Source of the DNA: an uncultured virus (IMG/VR IMGVR_UViG_3300035698_030196)
Lineage: Duplodnaviria > Heunggongvirae > Uroviricota > Caudoviricetes
Virus record (IMG/VR): IMGVR_UViG_3300035698_030196
Strand: one strand, 5' to 3'
Length of the DNA: 64,000 bases
Both the position numbers and the translations under genes were made by a program. This document shows positions 1 through 10,472 of the stretch, one piece after another; position 1 is the first letter of the stretch, and each line of letters opens with the position of its first letter. The notes under the pieces were generated by a model. It had not been told where the DNA came from and made no database searches. It saw nothing but the letters and a program-made list of their open reading frames with translations.

Positions 1-1
1 A

Positions 2-250
2 GATAGACACAATGAAGAAATGACAGTAGTTCTTAGTAATTTCCACCCATTTGAAAAAGAATGTATGGAGATTTATGACGTACAAGAAAATGGTTCAAGT
101 GAAATTGAAGCTTTAAAATCATTAATAGATAAAACCGATAATAAGTATATTGATGTGGATATATTAATAGATGTGGTTGGTGATAAATTACCGAAACCAT
201 ACACATTACAAGAAGTAAGAGATATTAAGATTAAGTTAATAAGTGAATAA
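2..250 (+). CDS. Hypothetical protein, probably 5'-truncated by the window edge; ends in an RDxKIxxI motif
   Basis: Frame is open from base 2 through the ATG at 20; C-terminus EVRDIKIKLISE. Confidence 0.6.
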   Translation, partial: DRHNEEMTVVLSNFHPFEKECMEIYDVQENGSSEIEALKSLIDKTDNKYIDVDILIDVVGDKLPKPYTLQEVRDIKIKLISE

Positions 251-1421
251 TAATATGGGAGAAGATACAAAAGATATTGTAATTGGTGATTTTAAACCAA
301 AAAGAGAATTTAAAAATTTCATATCTGCTAACAGTCGCGCACGGGTAAGAGTTTCACGTGAAACTGCATTTATTAAAGGTGAGAAATTATCAGGTATTTT
401 AGAAGGACTTGTTTTTAAGATAACTATATGTGATGAAGGTACTATAAAATTTGACGAGATAAATGATTCTTTAGAACCAAATAAGTCAGATAGTGAAATG
501 ATACAAAGATTCATTGATGATATTGACTCTAAAGATGTTACTGGTTATGCAGAGAAATTTATAATAAGTAATCTAGAATTTGCTGACCAAGATGGATTTC
601 TTTGTTACTTAGAAGTAGAGCACCAAAGACCAATCGATAAATTATTAAGTATTATCGACGATGAAAAAGATAAAGAGATTACAATATCTGATAAGTCTAG
701 GTCAATACTAGATTCCCTATTCGGTGATGATGATAATGATACTGTACAAATTTGTGATGATAGTGATAGTATGGAAAAGAATTCACCGGCTGAAAAAGAA
801 GTTGAAAAAGAATCAACATTTTTAGAAGAATCTTTTAAAAAGATGAATGATGATAAACTTAAAGAACTTCAAACTAGAGTAGAAAAAACTAAAAAAGAGA
901 TTTCTAAATTTAAAAGTGAGGCGAAAATAACAAATAGTAAATTAAAGATTGAAGAAAAAAATCTAGATTCTTTAGAAACTAGATTGTATAGTATATTCCC
1001 TGGTGACCCAGCAAATGGATATGTTTTTTATGTATCAGAATTAAATGATGGTGAGTTTGAATTGGATGATAAGACTAAAGAAGTTGCTACTAAAATCGCC
1101 AAATTACTAAAATTGAATCACGAAGCATTGCTAAAACATTTAACAAGTGGTTACCATGATATTAAGATCACAAAGAAGGAAAATATTGAAGTCATACCAG
1201 ATGAAATAGACGAAGAGATTTTAATGAAAATTGAAGGCTTAGATGGTGATGTATCAAGAGAAGAAGATATTAATCATTTTAAATATTATGGTGAATTAAC
1301 TTGGCATCAATTAGTAGATAAGATGATACGTAATGGGTTTGAACAAGATTTTAACTACAATAAATTATGTGGATCAAATTCATATAAACCTCAAGAACAA
1401 GATTTAAAAGGCTTATTATAA
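243..1421 (+). CDS. Hypothetical acidic coiled-coil protein
   Basis: 392-aa ORF with a central K/E-rich heptad region; true start may be an ATG a few codons downstream. Confidence 0.7.
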   Translation: MNNNMGEDTKDIVIGDFKPKREFKNFISANSRARVRVSRETAFIKGEKLSGILEGLVFKITICDEGTIKFDEINDSLEPNKSDSEMIQRFIDDIDSKDVTGYAEKFIISNLEFADQDGFLCYLEVEHQRPIDKLLSIIDDEKDKEITISDKSRSILDSLFGDDDNDTVQICDDSDSMEKNSPAEKEVEKESTFLEESFKKMNDDKLKELQTRVEKTKKEISKFKSEAKITNSKLKIEEKNLDSLETRLYSIFPGDPANGYVFYVSELNDGEFELDDKTKEVATKIAKLLKLNHEALLKHLTSGYHDIKITKKENIEVIPDEIDEEILMKIEGLDGDVSREEDINHFKYYGELTWHQLVDKMIRNGFEQDFNYNKLCGSNSYKPQEQDLKGLL

Positions 1422-1439
1422 AAATATAAGATTCTATTA

Positions 1440-1449
1440 TTAATATATA
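1440..1449 (+). promoter_or_regulatory. Putative phage late-promoter motif TTAATATATA
   Basis: Same motif recurs just upstream of many start codons in the window. Confidence 0.6.
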
Positions 1450-1471
1450 TAATATAAAATATAACTGATAT

Positions 1472-2407
1472 ATGGAATATGTTAAAACATTTGAAAATTT
1501 CAATTCACGAATACTAAGACAATTTGATGAATTAGACTCTCCTGATGGTGTGAAACGAACATTAACAAGTGATGAAAATGAATTTTTAAGAAAATATTAT
1601 AGTGATTTTTCATGGTCAAGCCCTGGTTACAACGGTTTGATTGTTCTTGGTGGTGGTATGAGCCGATTGGGTGAATATTATATCACAGAGGAAGATTTAG
1701 CAAATATGATGAAAGATGGTGTAGGGTATGATTTTAGCTTTAATGAAGAATTAAGTCCTGACCTATATATAAGAGCTGGTCAAAAACTTAAAAATTATAA
1801 AGGTAAGAGAAAACGTGCTGGTAGATTAATCGATCGTGGACATGAGGAAAAATTTGGATTTTATAAAGTAAATATTTCAAATAATTGTGGTGGTTATCAG
1901 TCAAATAAAGTAAATTTTACAGATTTGAGTTGTGAATTTACTATTGGATATGGAAAAAAATCAATTGATGAATTAATAGAATCATGGAAATTAGGGGAAT
2001 CTTCTTTGTTTTTTACTTATATAATATATGGCATTGCTTCAGAAGCAGATAAGATTAGTAGCTCAACTAACCTTGATTTAGATGAGAAGGTTGAAATAAT
2101 CAAAATTATGGTATATTTATGTGATAGCTATCACGATGAGACTGTAAACTATTCAGGAACAAATGATTACTTCGAAAATGAAAAAGTGTTTAACGCTTCT
2201 CCATCATATGACCAACGTTCACACATATTTTCAGATAGAAGATCAGCATATAGATTCAAAAAATTATTAAAAGGTTTTGTTGATGAAAGCATGGATACAG
2301 TAAATGATTTATTTAGTATTTTAGGTGGAGACTCTAAAGATATTGAAAAATACAAATCATCACTTGCTAATATTCCTACTAATAGTTTATATGATGATGA
2401 AAATTAA
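1472..2407 (+). CDS. Leader-bearing hypothetical protein; C-terminal two-thirds paralogous to 5649..6416
   Basis: MEYVKTFENFN leader; YIRAGQKL vs YNRAGKKL, FSDRRSAYRFKKLL vs FKDRGSAGKFKRLL. Confidence 0.75.
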   Translation: MEYVKTFENFNSRILRQFDELDSPDGVKRTLTSDENEFLRKYYSDFSWSSPGYNGLIVLGGGMSRLGEYYITEEDLANMMKDGVGYDFSFNEELSPDLYIRAGQKLKNYKGKRKRAGRLIDRGHEEKFGFYKVNISNNCGGYQSNKVNFTDLSCEFTIGYGKKSIDELIESWKLGESSLFFTYIIYGIASEADKISSSTNLDLDEKVEIIKIMVYLCDSYHDETVNYSGTNDYFENEKVFNASPSYDQRSHIFSDRRSAYRFKKLLKGFVDESMDTVNDLFSILGGDSKDIEKYKSSLANIPTNSLYDDEN

Positions 2408-2441
2408 TTAGAAAAAATCTTAATTATTCATAAATTATTCA

Positions 2442-2449
2442 TATATTTG
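2442..2449 (+). promoter_or_regulatory. Bacteroidota-type -7 promoter element TAnnTTTG
   Basis: TATATTTG 14 nt before the ATG at 2464. Confidence 0.5.
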
Positions 2450-2463
2450 TAAAAATAGTAAAT

Positions 2464-3870
2464 ATGATATTAAAAAACATACATGAAAAGTTGTTAAGCA
2501 CTGTTCAAGCAATGCTTATCGACACAAAAATAAATTTACCTTATTATGGTGAATTTAATCTACATATAAATTTTTCTGAAAACAAGAACATAGGAACTTG
2601 TGGTGTTAATGTAACATCAAAGGGTATGAATTTTATGTACTCTCCTGATTTTCTACAAGATATGTCACAAAACGAGGTTAACTTCATAGTATTACATGAA
2701 GATTTTCACCTATTGTTTGACCATCCAAAAAGAACAGTATCTGGACAATATCAACACAAGATGTCAAATATTGCACAAGATATGATTATAAATCATATTA
2801 TTTGGGAAGATATATCACACACATTTGTTGAGATACCTAAAGATAAAAGTGGGAAAAATCTAGCACTTTTCGTACCTAAAGAATATACAGGTAAACTTAT
2901 CTTCGAAGAGTTATATGAATGGCTTAGAGACGAAAAAGAAAAGTGGGACAAAAATCAAGTCGGTAAGAAGAAAAAGAAATGTGAGAAATGTGAAGGAACT
3001 GGTCAAGTTGAGAACAGTGAAGGTGGTGATGGTGGTGAAGGTGGTAATGAACCTTGTCCTGATTGTGATGGAACAGGTAACCAAGATGGGAAAGATAGTT
3101 CTGGGAAAGGAGCTTATGGGCCTCATGGGAAAAACCCTTCACAAGATGGTGACTCAATAGATACTTGGTCAAAAGAACAAATCTTCCAAGATCTCGAAGA
3201 TGGTAATGGTGAATATATGGATAAACACCTTTCTGATGAAGTCCCAGAAGAAATGAGAGAAGGCATAGTTAAAGATGTTATGGATCGTCTAGCTGCAAGA
3301 GGATTGTCTGCTGGTAATGTTGAACAGACTTTAAATAAATTGCGTAAGAAAAGAAAAGACCATTTACGTGAGATTAAAAGAGCAGTATCTAATGTTATTT
3401 TCGGTACAGTTAAGCAAAAAACTATCGTTAGAATGAACCGAAGAAGAATCGAGGGTTTAAAAGGAAATAGAAAGGTTAAAACCAAAATCAATTGTATTTT
3501 AGATACGTCTGGCTCTATGGGTGGCACATTTGAGCGTGTATTATCATATATTTATAGAAGTGATATAGAAGTTAACTTAATTGAAGCAGATACAAATGTT
3601 AGATGGGTTCAAAATATCAAAAATAAAAGACATCTAGAAACACTTAAAATTAAAGGTTTAGGCGGAACTGTATTAACCCCAGCAATTAATTTAGTCGCAG
3701 ATAGATTTAATGAATTCAACACAGTTATATTAACAGATGGTTATTGTGATAGTTTAGATTTAAGTAAAATAAGAGGTAGAGTTCTTATAATTACCATTGG
3801 TGTTAAAGTTCCAATATCAAGAACGAATGGTAGAGTTAAACAAATAATAGTTGAGAAGGATTTCAGATAA
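2464..3870 (+). CDS. DUF2201-like metallopeptidase + VWA domain protein (typical MoxR AAA partner)
   Basis: HExxH (LHEDFH), NIAQDMIIN, MIDAS DTSGSM, GGT, LTDG; two inserted CxxCxGxG motifs. Confidence 0.85.
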   Translation: MILKNIHEKLLSTVQAMLIDTKINLPYYGEFNLHINFSENKNIGTCGVNVTSKGMNFMYSPDFLQDMSQNEVNFIVLHEDFHLLFDHPKRTVSGQYQHKMSNIAQDMIINHIIWEDISHTFVEIPKDKSGKNLALFVPKEYTGKLIFEELYEWLRDEKEKWDKNQVGKKKKKCEKCEGTGQVENSEGGDGGEGGNEPCPDCDGTGNQDGKDSSGKGAYGPHGKNPSQDGDSIDTWSKEQIFQDLEDGNGEYMDKHLSDEVPEEMREGIVKDVMDRLAARGLSAGNVEQTLNKLRKKRKDHLREIKRAVSNVIFGTVKQKTIVRMNRRRIEGLKGNRKVKTKINCILDTSGSMGGTFERVLSYIYRSDIEVNLIEADTNVRWVQNIKNKRHLETLKIKGLGGTVLTPAINLVADRFNEFNTVILTDGYCDSLDLSKIRGRVLIITIGVKVPISRTNGRVKQIIVEKDFR

Positions 3871-3873
3871 ATT

Positions 3874-3899
3874 AAAAGAGGATTCTAATCCTCTTTTTT
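3874..3899. terminator. Bidirectional intrinsic terminator
   Basis: AAAAGAGGATT-ct-AATCCTCTTTT hairpin at convergent gene ends. Confidence 0.7.
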
Positions 3900-4787
3900 G
3901 AATTCTTTTATAAATTCTTTTTCACATTTCCCTTTTTTTAACCCATTTATCCATTGTTTAGTAATACAAATATTATCTATTTCCCCTATTAACTTAGGAT
4001 TTATTTTATTATAAAATCCATAAACCACCGATATTTTATGATCAAAATGTGGGTAATTTCTATCATGACAGTTTAAATTGAAATTATCCCTAATAAATTC
4101 ACCATCATAATAGTCATACCCATTCCAATTTTCTAATATTTTATCTTTTAAAGAATATGTTAATCTATTTACTGACAATCTATATTTTCTATATTCTGAA
4201 ACAAACCTGTCAGGAATCTGCAATCCTTTGGATATCCTAGTATTCTTTCTTATTAGTTGTTGTTCTGGTAATAACATTGGATATTCAACCCCATATTTTT
4301 CTAGATTTTTCTCAATCGTTTTCTTTTTACATTCTTTTGTTTTCCCATAGCTAATTTCACCATATTTTTCTAAACAAGTTTCTCTTATCTTCTTTTTGGT
4401 AGATTCTGAATACATTGGGTGTTCAACCCCATATTTTTCTTTTAATGTTTCTTTTGATTTTTCCTTTACAAATTCTGCCTGAAATGGGTTTTCAACCCCA
4501 TATTTAATCAAACAAACATCTTTTATTTTTTGATTTGAGCAGTCCTTATCCGAACATGCATATTTATTAACAACTGATGTTGTTTTAAAAAATCGTTTAT
4601 ATGGAACTTTCAATTCTTTACCACAATAATCACATAAAATATTGATAATTGAATGTGATCCTTTAGTTAGGTGTATTGGATTAACTTTAATTATATCACC
4701 AACCTTTTTAAAGTTATATCCTAAATCTTTATAATACTTAAAGTTTAGATTACCTATTTTAACATCTACTTCTTTGTCTACTATCAT
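3885..4787 (-). CDS. Free-standing homing-endonuclease-like protein (KYGVEx repeats, C-terminal HNH-like domain)
   Basis: CDYC..C..C zinc ligands, repeated EKYGVE motifs, C-terminal HFDHKIS..NICIT..IN..K. Confidence 0.7.
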   Translation of the reverse strand: MIVDKEVDVKIGNLNFKYYKDLGYNFKKVGDIIKVNPIHLTKGSHSIINILCDYCGKELKVPYKRFFKTTSVVNKYACSDKDCSNQKIKDVCLIKYGVENPFQAEFVKEKSKETLKEKYGVEHPMYSESTKKKIRETCLEKYGEISYGKTKECKKKTIEKNLEKYGVEYPMLLPEQQLIRKNTRISKGLQIPDRFVSEYRKYRLSVNRLTYSLKDKILENWNGYDYYDGEFIRDNFNLNCHDRNYPHFDHKISVVYGFYNKINPKLIGEIDNICITKQWINGLKKGKCEKEFIKEFKKED

Positions 4788-4919
4788 ATTGTATATATTT
4801 TATATAGCCTCGTTCCTCCTAATCTTTTAATAAATTATAGATATTTATAGTGAATATTAAAATAAAATCCTTATATTTGAAACTAATAATAAAATTATTA
4901 TTATATATAGAAAAAAGTT

Positions 4920-5189
4920 ATGGAATTAAAAGAAATAGTTTGGATTGTAGAAAAATCAACTAAAACATATGAAAGAGTAAATGGTTTTATTAAATCTGAT
5001 ACAGATAATCAAGAACATATTTTTAGAATTGATGCTCATGAATTAGATATTATAGTTACTATATACTTAGAAAAACCAGAACATATGGGTTCATTTGAAA
5101 CTATTGAGTCTGCTAAAGAATATTGTGATAAAAGATTAATTAAATATGCAACTAAACTTGAAAAAAGATTAGACTTATTAAAAAAATAG
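4920..5189 (+). CDS. Hypothetical protein
   Basis: 89-aa ORF, preceded by TATATTTG at 4872-4879. Confidence 0.6.
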   Translation: MELKEIVWIVEKSTKTYERVNGFIKSDTDNQEHIFRIDAHELDIIVTIYLEKPEHMGSFETIESAKEYCDKRLIKYATKLEKRLDLLKK

Positions 5190-5197
5190 AATTAAAG

Positions 5198-5368
5198 ATG
5201 GAAAAAGAATTAAAAAATACTATCCGTGATATGGGTGAAAACCTCGCAAATATTAAATATTTGACTGAAAAGAAATACATCCCAAAAAGAGAAATGAAAA
5301 AGGCAATAGATAAACAGGTTGAATTGTTAAGTTTAATTCATTCAATAAGTGAGGAACTAAATAGGTAA
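5198..5368 (+). CDS. Small hypothetical protein (56 aa; not in ORF track)
   Basis: ATG 5198 to TAA 5368, MEKELKNTIRDMGENL...; fills the gap between neighbours. Confidence 0.55.
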   Translation: MEKELKNTIRDMGENLANIKYLTEKKYIPKREMKKAIDKQVELLSLIHSISEELNR

Positions 5369-5617
5369 TTCTATTTTTTCCACATCTTTAATATTTACTG
5401 AATATTCTGATCCATCAATATCAACTGTTATTAACCCATCATTATCAATACTAACTGCTTTCAGTGGTTCTTCCGAATTATTATTCGGATAATCTTTAAC
5501 AATTGATGTGAAGATAACACCATTGTCTTTTATACATTTTATTATATCTTCTATTGATATCAATTCACCACCTTCATTATTCAATTTAAAATCCTCAAAA
5601 TATTTAACCCATTTCAT
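5357..5617 (-). CDS. Leader-bearing small hypothetical protein
   Basis: MKWVKYFEDFKLNNE; TTAATATATA on the minus strand at 5623-5632. Confidence 0.7.
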   Translation of the reverse strand: MKWVKYFEDFKLNNEGGELISIEDIIKCIKDNGVIFTSIVKDYPNNNSEEPLKAVSIDNDGLITVDIDGSEYSVNIKDVEKIELPI

Positions 5618-5622
5618 ATTTC

Positions 5623-5644
5623 TATATATTAAAAATAATATATA
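5623..5644. promoter_or_regulatory. Back-to-back TAATATATA motifs serving divergent genes
   Basis: Minus-strand copy 5623-5632 and plus-strand copy 5636-5644 in a 31-bp intergenic gap. Confidence 0.6.
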
Positions 5645-5648
5645 ATTT

Positions 5649-6416
5649 ATGAAATATTTAGATAAATTTAATGAATTAAACCATCATACCTACAATCGTG
5701 CAGGTAAAAAATTAGTTGAACTTGGGCACCAAGATAGAGGTAGAAAATTAATAAAAAAAGGAGAAGAAACTCGTGAAAAAAAAGAACGTGAAGAATGGAA
5801 GGAAAAAGTAGATAAATATTCTAAATATGGTGTTTATGAATTATCTGTTGAAAAAGGTAAACCAGCGTTTAATGATAGATATTCAAAGTTCACCGGCCAT
5901 TTTCATTTAGAATTTTTTGTAAATATTGATCTTTTAAGAGATACTTTACTAGAGGATTTAGAAGACGGTGGTGAAGGTCACATACCAATAGAAATTTATG
6001 CTATACCAATTGATGAAGAAATACGTAAAATATGTGCGAGTGAATTAGGAGATGAATATTTTGGTACTTCATTTTGGGCAATGCAGGCTTATTTTAGCTT
6101 CTCAGTTAAAGATGGTGGTCATGCAATAGAACCTAATAATTTTGATTTAAGTTATGTTGATGTTGATACTACTTTTAAGGATAGAGGATCGGCAGGTAAA
6201 TTTAAAAGACTATTAACTAGAATAGTTAGTGATCCAAATTTTAATTACCCATCTGGATATACTTCAGATTATACAACTATTTATGATTGTTTAGATAAAT
6301 TTATTGGTGCAGAACTTGGCTTAACCACAGAATATGGATACTCAATTGAAGACCTCTCTGATTTATTAAAACCTGTTTCAATAAATCAGATGTATAAAAG
6401 TCATTCCGATAAATAA
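5649..6416 (+). CDS. Leader-bearing hypothetical protein (paralog of 1472..2407)
   Basis: MKYLDKFNE leader; shared sequence blocks with ORF 1472. Confidence 0.75.
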   Translation: MKYLDKFNELNHHTYNRAGKKLVELGHQDRGRKLIKKGEETREKKEREEWKEKVDKYSKYGVYELSVEKGKPAFNDRYSKFTGHFHLEFFVNIDLLRDTLLEDLEDGGEGHIPIEIYAIPIDEEIRKICASELGDEYFGTSFWAMQAYFSFSVKDGGHAIEPNNFDLSYVDVDTTFKDRGSAGKFKRLLTRIVSDPNFNYPSGYTSDYTTIYDCLDKFIGAELGLTTEYGYSIEDLSDLLKPVSINQMYKSHSDK

Positions 6417-6419
6417 AAT

Positions 6420-7289
6420 TTATATATGAAATATCTTGTCTGATAGGATTTTATTTATTATATTTTTATTTTTATGTATAAAATTTTCCCATAGAAAAAT
6501 ATAACTATAATTATTATCTTTAATATATTTAATTTTCCTTTTATCCCTTTCCACATTCACCTTCTGTGCCTCTGTGTAGTTTTCTTTTTGGTATATGTCT
6601 GGATTGGCGTGCCAATAATCACCTTGACACTCAATTATATAATTATAATCTGGTAAATAAAAATCAAATATATATCTACCCCTACGATGATTTTTAATAT
6701 AAATTATACATAACTCATCTAATGCGTTTTTGATAATTATTTCAATTTTAGTATCTTTTTTAGCCATATTTGCATATAAAGATAGTTTACCGATTATTTC
6801 ATCTTGCACCTCTTTAGATAGATTATTCCAATATCTTTTTCTGCCAATTGATATTTTTTTGGATGATTTCATTATGATTTCGTTTGTGTACTTAGATTCA
6901 CCTTTATTCCAAGGAATAATACCAAACATCGGATTTTTACAACCAATGGGTTTTTCTATTTCTCCATTATTATACATTTCCTTTCTTTTATTTGATATTT
7001 TTTTACTAGCAATTTTAATCCTTTCGGAATTCTCTTTTGTTAAACCTTTGTTCGGTCCGATTTTACCATACATTCCATTATTCTCACCCGAATTCAATCT
7101 ACTTTTTATAGAACTTATTTGTTCTTTTGTGTGTTTTAATTTAAATTTAACAATTTTAATTTTCAGCGAATAAATTGTTCTATTATATAGTTCTGTGAAT
7201 ATTGGATATAATTCGATGAGAGATAATCCATCATCTTCATATAATTTTTTTAATAATTCTTTCTCTTCCTTTGTCCAAAATTTTCTCAT
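6420..7289 (-). CDS. Homing-endonuclease-like protein: NUMOD3-type repeats + Vsr/DUF559-like PD-(D/E)XK nuclease
   Basis: GENNGMYGK, NPMFG..PWNKG; FDFYLP..IIECQGDYWH..D..K..WE. Confidence 0.75.
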   Translation of the reverse strand: MRKFWTKEEKELLKKLYEDDGLSLIELYPIFTELYNRTIYSLKIKIVKFKLKHTKEQISSIKSRLNSGENNGMYGKIGPNKGLTKENSERIKIASKKISNKRKEMYNNGEIEKPIGCKNPMFGIIPWNKGESKYTNEIIMKSSKKISIGRKRYWNNLSKEVQDEIIGKLSLYANMAKKDTKIEIIIKNALDELCIIYIKNHRRGRYIFDFYLPDYNYIIECQGDYWHANPDIYQKENYTEAQKVNVERDKRKIKYIKDNNYSYIFLWENFIHKNKNIINKILSDKIFHI

Positions 7290-7377
7290 ATGTTATATAT
7301 TAATAATTAAAAGCCGCATTATTCTTAGTGTATCTTCGTTATTTTTATTTATATTTGTAAAAAATAATATATAGATT

Positions 7378-8568
7378 ATGAAAATGATGAAATATGATGA
7401 ATTTATTATTGAAAAAGTTATACACCAAGAAATTACTTTACCTAATGATATTAAAGAAATAGCAAAAGCTTATCATGATGTTGGTAAAGAGTTATATGTT
7501 GTTGGTGGAGCTATTAGAGATTTTCTACAAGGAAAAACACCACATGATTATGATTTAACAACAAATGCATTACCAGATGAAAGTAAAAAAATACTCAAAG
7601 ACTGGAATGTCTCTGATGAACAAGGTAAAAAATTTGGGGTTTTAAGAGTTTTTACAAAAAATGAACCACTTGGACATGAAATAGCATCATTTAGAAAGGA
7701 TATTTCTGGTGGTAGAGATAATAAAGGTGATGATGAAAAAGTGGAAATAGGTGAACATATCACAATAGAAGATGATTGTATGAGACGTGACCTTACAATA
7801 AATTCAATTTTTTATGATATTAACAAAAAAGAAATTGTCGATTTAGTCGGTGGTATAGAGGATATTAAAAATAATATAATACGATGTGTTGGTAATCCTA
7901 GTGATAGATTTAGAGAAGATCGTTTAAGAATTTTACGTTGCCTACGTTTCACAACTAGAATTGATGGTAAAATAGACAAAAAAACATCAAATGCTATTCA
8001 TGATGATAACAGATTAAAGGGTATTGGGACTCTAGATGATGTTTCACAAGAAAGAATATGGGAAGAAATGTGCAAAGCATTTGACCAAAGTAAAAATTAT
8101 AATAATTACTTAGAACTTTTGACAGAATTTGATATGTGGGATCAAGTATTTCCTGGTGCTGATATAAATTCTGATTTAGTTGATTCTAAAAACTTCACAA
8201 TTATCATAACTAACTTGTTTAAGAATGATTATTCTGGTAATGATTTCCTAAATAGATTGGTTCAAGAATATAGAATCGAAGGTGATTTAGCAACTAAAGT
8301 AGAATTCTTAATTAATTTTTCAGATTTTGATTCAGAAGATGTATGTAAAGTTTATAAAAAGAAGAGACAGTGTGAGATAGATGATAACACTATATTGGAA
8401 TGGATGGAAGTTAATAACTTACAAGAAGATAAATTTATTAAGTTTGTCGATTATAGACCTTCTATTTCATCACAGGAATTAATGGCTAAAGGTTTTAGAA
8501 AAAAAGCGCTTGGTGATGAAATAAATAGATTAGAAGTAGAGAAATTTCAATCTGTGATAAAAGGATAA
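7378..8568 (+). CDS. cca: Class II tRNA nucleotidyltransferase (CCA-adding enzyme / poly(A) polymerase family) with N-terminal leader
   Basis: VGGAIRD, DYDLTT, RRDLTINS, EDRLRILR, SQERIWEE motifs. Confidence 0.85.
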   Translation: MKMMKYDEFIIEKVIHQEITLPNDIKEIAKAYHDVGKELYVVGGAIRDFLQGKTPHDYDLTTNALPDESKKILKDWNVSDEQGKKFGVLRVFTKNEPLGHEIASFRKDISGGRDNKGDDEKVEIGEHITIEDDCMRRDLTINSIFYDINKKEIVDLVGGIEDIKNNIIRCVGNPSDRFREDRLRILRCLRFTTRIDGKIDKKTSNAIHDDNRLKGIGTLDDVSQERIWEEMCKAFDQSKNYNNYLELLTEFDMWDQVFPGADINSDLVDSKNFTIIITNLFKNDYSGNDFLNRLVQEYRIEGDLATKVEFLINFSDFDSEDVCKVYKKKRQCEIDDNTILEWMEVNNLQEDKFIKFVDYRPSISSQELMAKGFRKKALGDEINRLEVEKFQSVIKG

Positions 8569-8591
8569 TCAAAATAATTTTAAATAAATTT

Positions 8592-9342
8592 TTATTCATA
8601 AAAATCCAATTTATCTTTTTTTATGTATCTATTTACATAACTACAAAGAGGTTGTAGATTGGTATAATGATTTAATTTTATTACATCCTCTTCTGTTTTT
8701 GCAGTACACATTGGTATAATATGATCAATATCCCAACCATGGTTTAATTGTCCATTAAATAATCCTCTATTGTCCCAACACATCCATGATTCAAATTTAG
8801 ATTCAATATATAATTTGAACTCATCAAATGTGCAACCTAATATCTTGTGTGTTTTGGAAGATTTCGAATACCCATTCACATTAAGATGTTTCCTTATCAT
8901 ACTCCTTGTGTAATGTTTCAATTTAAAAAGTTCATCATTTTTCAACTTAAAATTACAATATTCTTTAGATTTTTTCTTTATTATTTTTTCTCCATCTTTT
9001 CTGTCGATTGATATTTTCTTCTTTATTAATTATGTTATAATTCAAATTATACTCTTTAATATATTCTTTATTATTATCTTTCCATTTTTTAGATGATATA
9101 TTTTCCTTTTCTTTATTATTTACATATGATTTTCGCCTATTTTCATTTATTTTGTCTCTCCTAGCTTCTTTTGTCCTGTGATAATATTCCAAACCATTGA
9201 TTTTGATACATTCTTTACAAGACGATCCATAACCATCATTTCTTCTTTTGTCTTTTTTAAATAATTCTAATTTTTTAACCTGTTTACAAACATTACATTC
9301 TTTCATAATTGGTGGTAATACAACATTATTATTTTCATTCAT
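8592..9342 (-). pseudogene. HNH endonuclease split by a 1-nt frameshift (ORFs 8965..9342 and 8592..8945)
   Basis: N-part CxxC..CxxC and NKE repeats; C-part WDIDHIIP..NHYTNLQPL; deleting one base near 8967-8975 joins the frames. Confidence 0.7.
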
Positions 9343-9408
9343 ATACTTATATATTAAATATTATAAGACAGAAAAAAAATATTGATAAAAAATATAATAT
9401 ATAAACAC

Positions 9409-10152
9409 ATGATACATTATATACAACACTTGCGTGATTCCTTAGGTAACAACTACCTTGGTATAAAAATACAAAAAGATACAATTCATACTTTTTTAAA
9501 AGAATTAGATATAATTCTTGGTGATAATTACAAAAAATTTACAGAATTACAACAAATAAGAGACAATGGTGAATACCATATAACTATAATTAATGTTAGT
9601 GAGTATAATCGACTTACCAAGTGGATGGGTATAGATAAATTCGTAAACTCACTTGGTAAAATTTTCACATATGAAATCGATGATTTGAAAATGATGGGTA
9701 TTGGAACTGCAACAAAACGTGATAACAGAACTTATTTTATTGTATGTGAATCCGATAAGTTAGATGCTATTAGAAATAGATATGAATTATCTGAAAAAGA
9801 TTTTCATACAACTTTAGCATTTTTCAGGCGTGATGTATTTGGTGTTCGCAAGAATGAGGTAATGAAAAAAGATGGTTTATTTTTACAACTTTTAAGACAA
9901 GAGTTTTATAAGAGTGAAAATTGGGAGTTTATTAAAGATATAGATAACTATACTTTAGATAAAAATGATGAGATAATACCAATTGAAATTGATAATACAA
10001 ATATGAAATTCAAAGTAGGTGATAATTATATACAAGTTGGGTATTCAGATGAATTAGAAAAATTTCAAGTATTTACTAAATCAGATATTGATGGTGATAA
10101 TTTACCTAGACTTCCACAAACAGAAATAATTAAAATTTTAAACAAAGAATAA
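9409..10152 (+). CDS. 2H phosphoesterase (RNA-repair type, two HxT motifs)
   Basis: YHITII and FHTTLAF motifs; ATG 9409 follows TAATATATA, so preferred over the TTG at 9382. Confidence 0.7.
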   Translation: MIHYIQHLRDSLGNNYLGIKIQKDTIHTFLKELDIILGDNYKKFTELQQIRDNGEYHITIINVSEYNRLTKWMGIDKFVNSLGKIFTYEIDDLKMMGIGTATKRDNRTYFIVCESDKLDAIRNRYELSEKDFHTTLAFFRRDVFGVRKNEVMKKDGLFLQLLRQEFYKSENWEFIKDIDNYTLDKNDEIIPIEIDNTNMKFKVGDNYIQVGYSDELEKFQVFTKSDIDGDNLPRLPQTEIIKILNKE

Positions 10153-10153
10153 T

Positions 10154-10438
10154 ATGGAATTATGTAGATTTTATAGTCTTTATGACACACATGATAATAA
10201 TGTAGTTGTAAAGAAATTAGGGAAGATGAAAAATGAATGTAAAATTGATTTTGAGTATGAGGAGTTTGATGAGCTAATACGAATACGAGATTTAGATTTA
10301 GAAGAACACGAAGTAGATAACCTTTTAAAGTATTTTGAGAAACACAATGTTGTTCCTTATCTAGAACGTGATGGTGATGATGAAGATGGAGAAATCTACT
10401 TTGATGAAGATTATTTTGATAATGATGAAGATTTTTAA
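10154..10438 (+). CDS. Acidic hypothetical protein
   Basis: 94-aa ORF directly after the upstream stop. Confidence 0.6.
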   Translation: MELCRFYSLYDTHDNNVVVKKLGKMKNECKIDFEYEEFDELIRIRDLDLEEHEVDNLLKYFEKHNVVPYLERDGDDEDGEIYFDEDYFDNDEDF

Positions 10439-10472
10439 AAAAAGATTATATATTTTTAATATATAATCTAAT

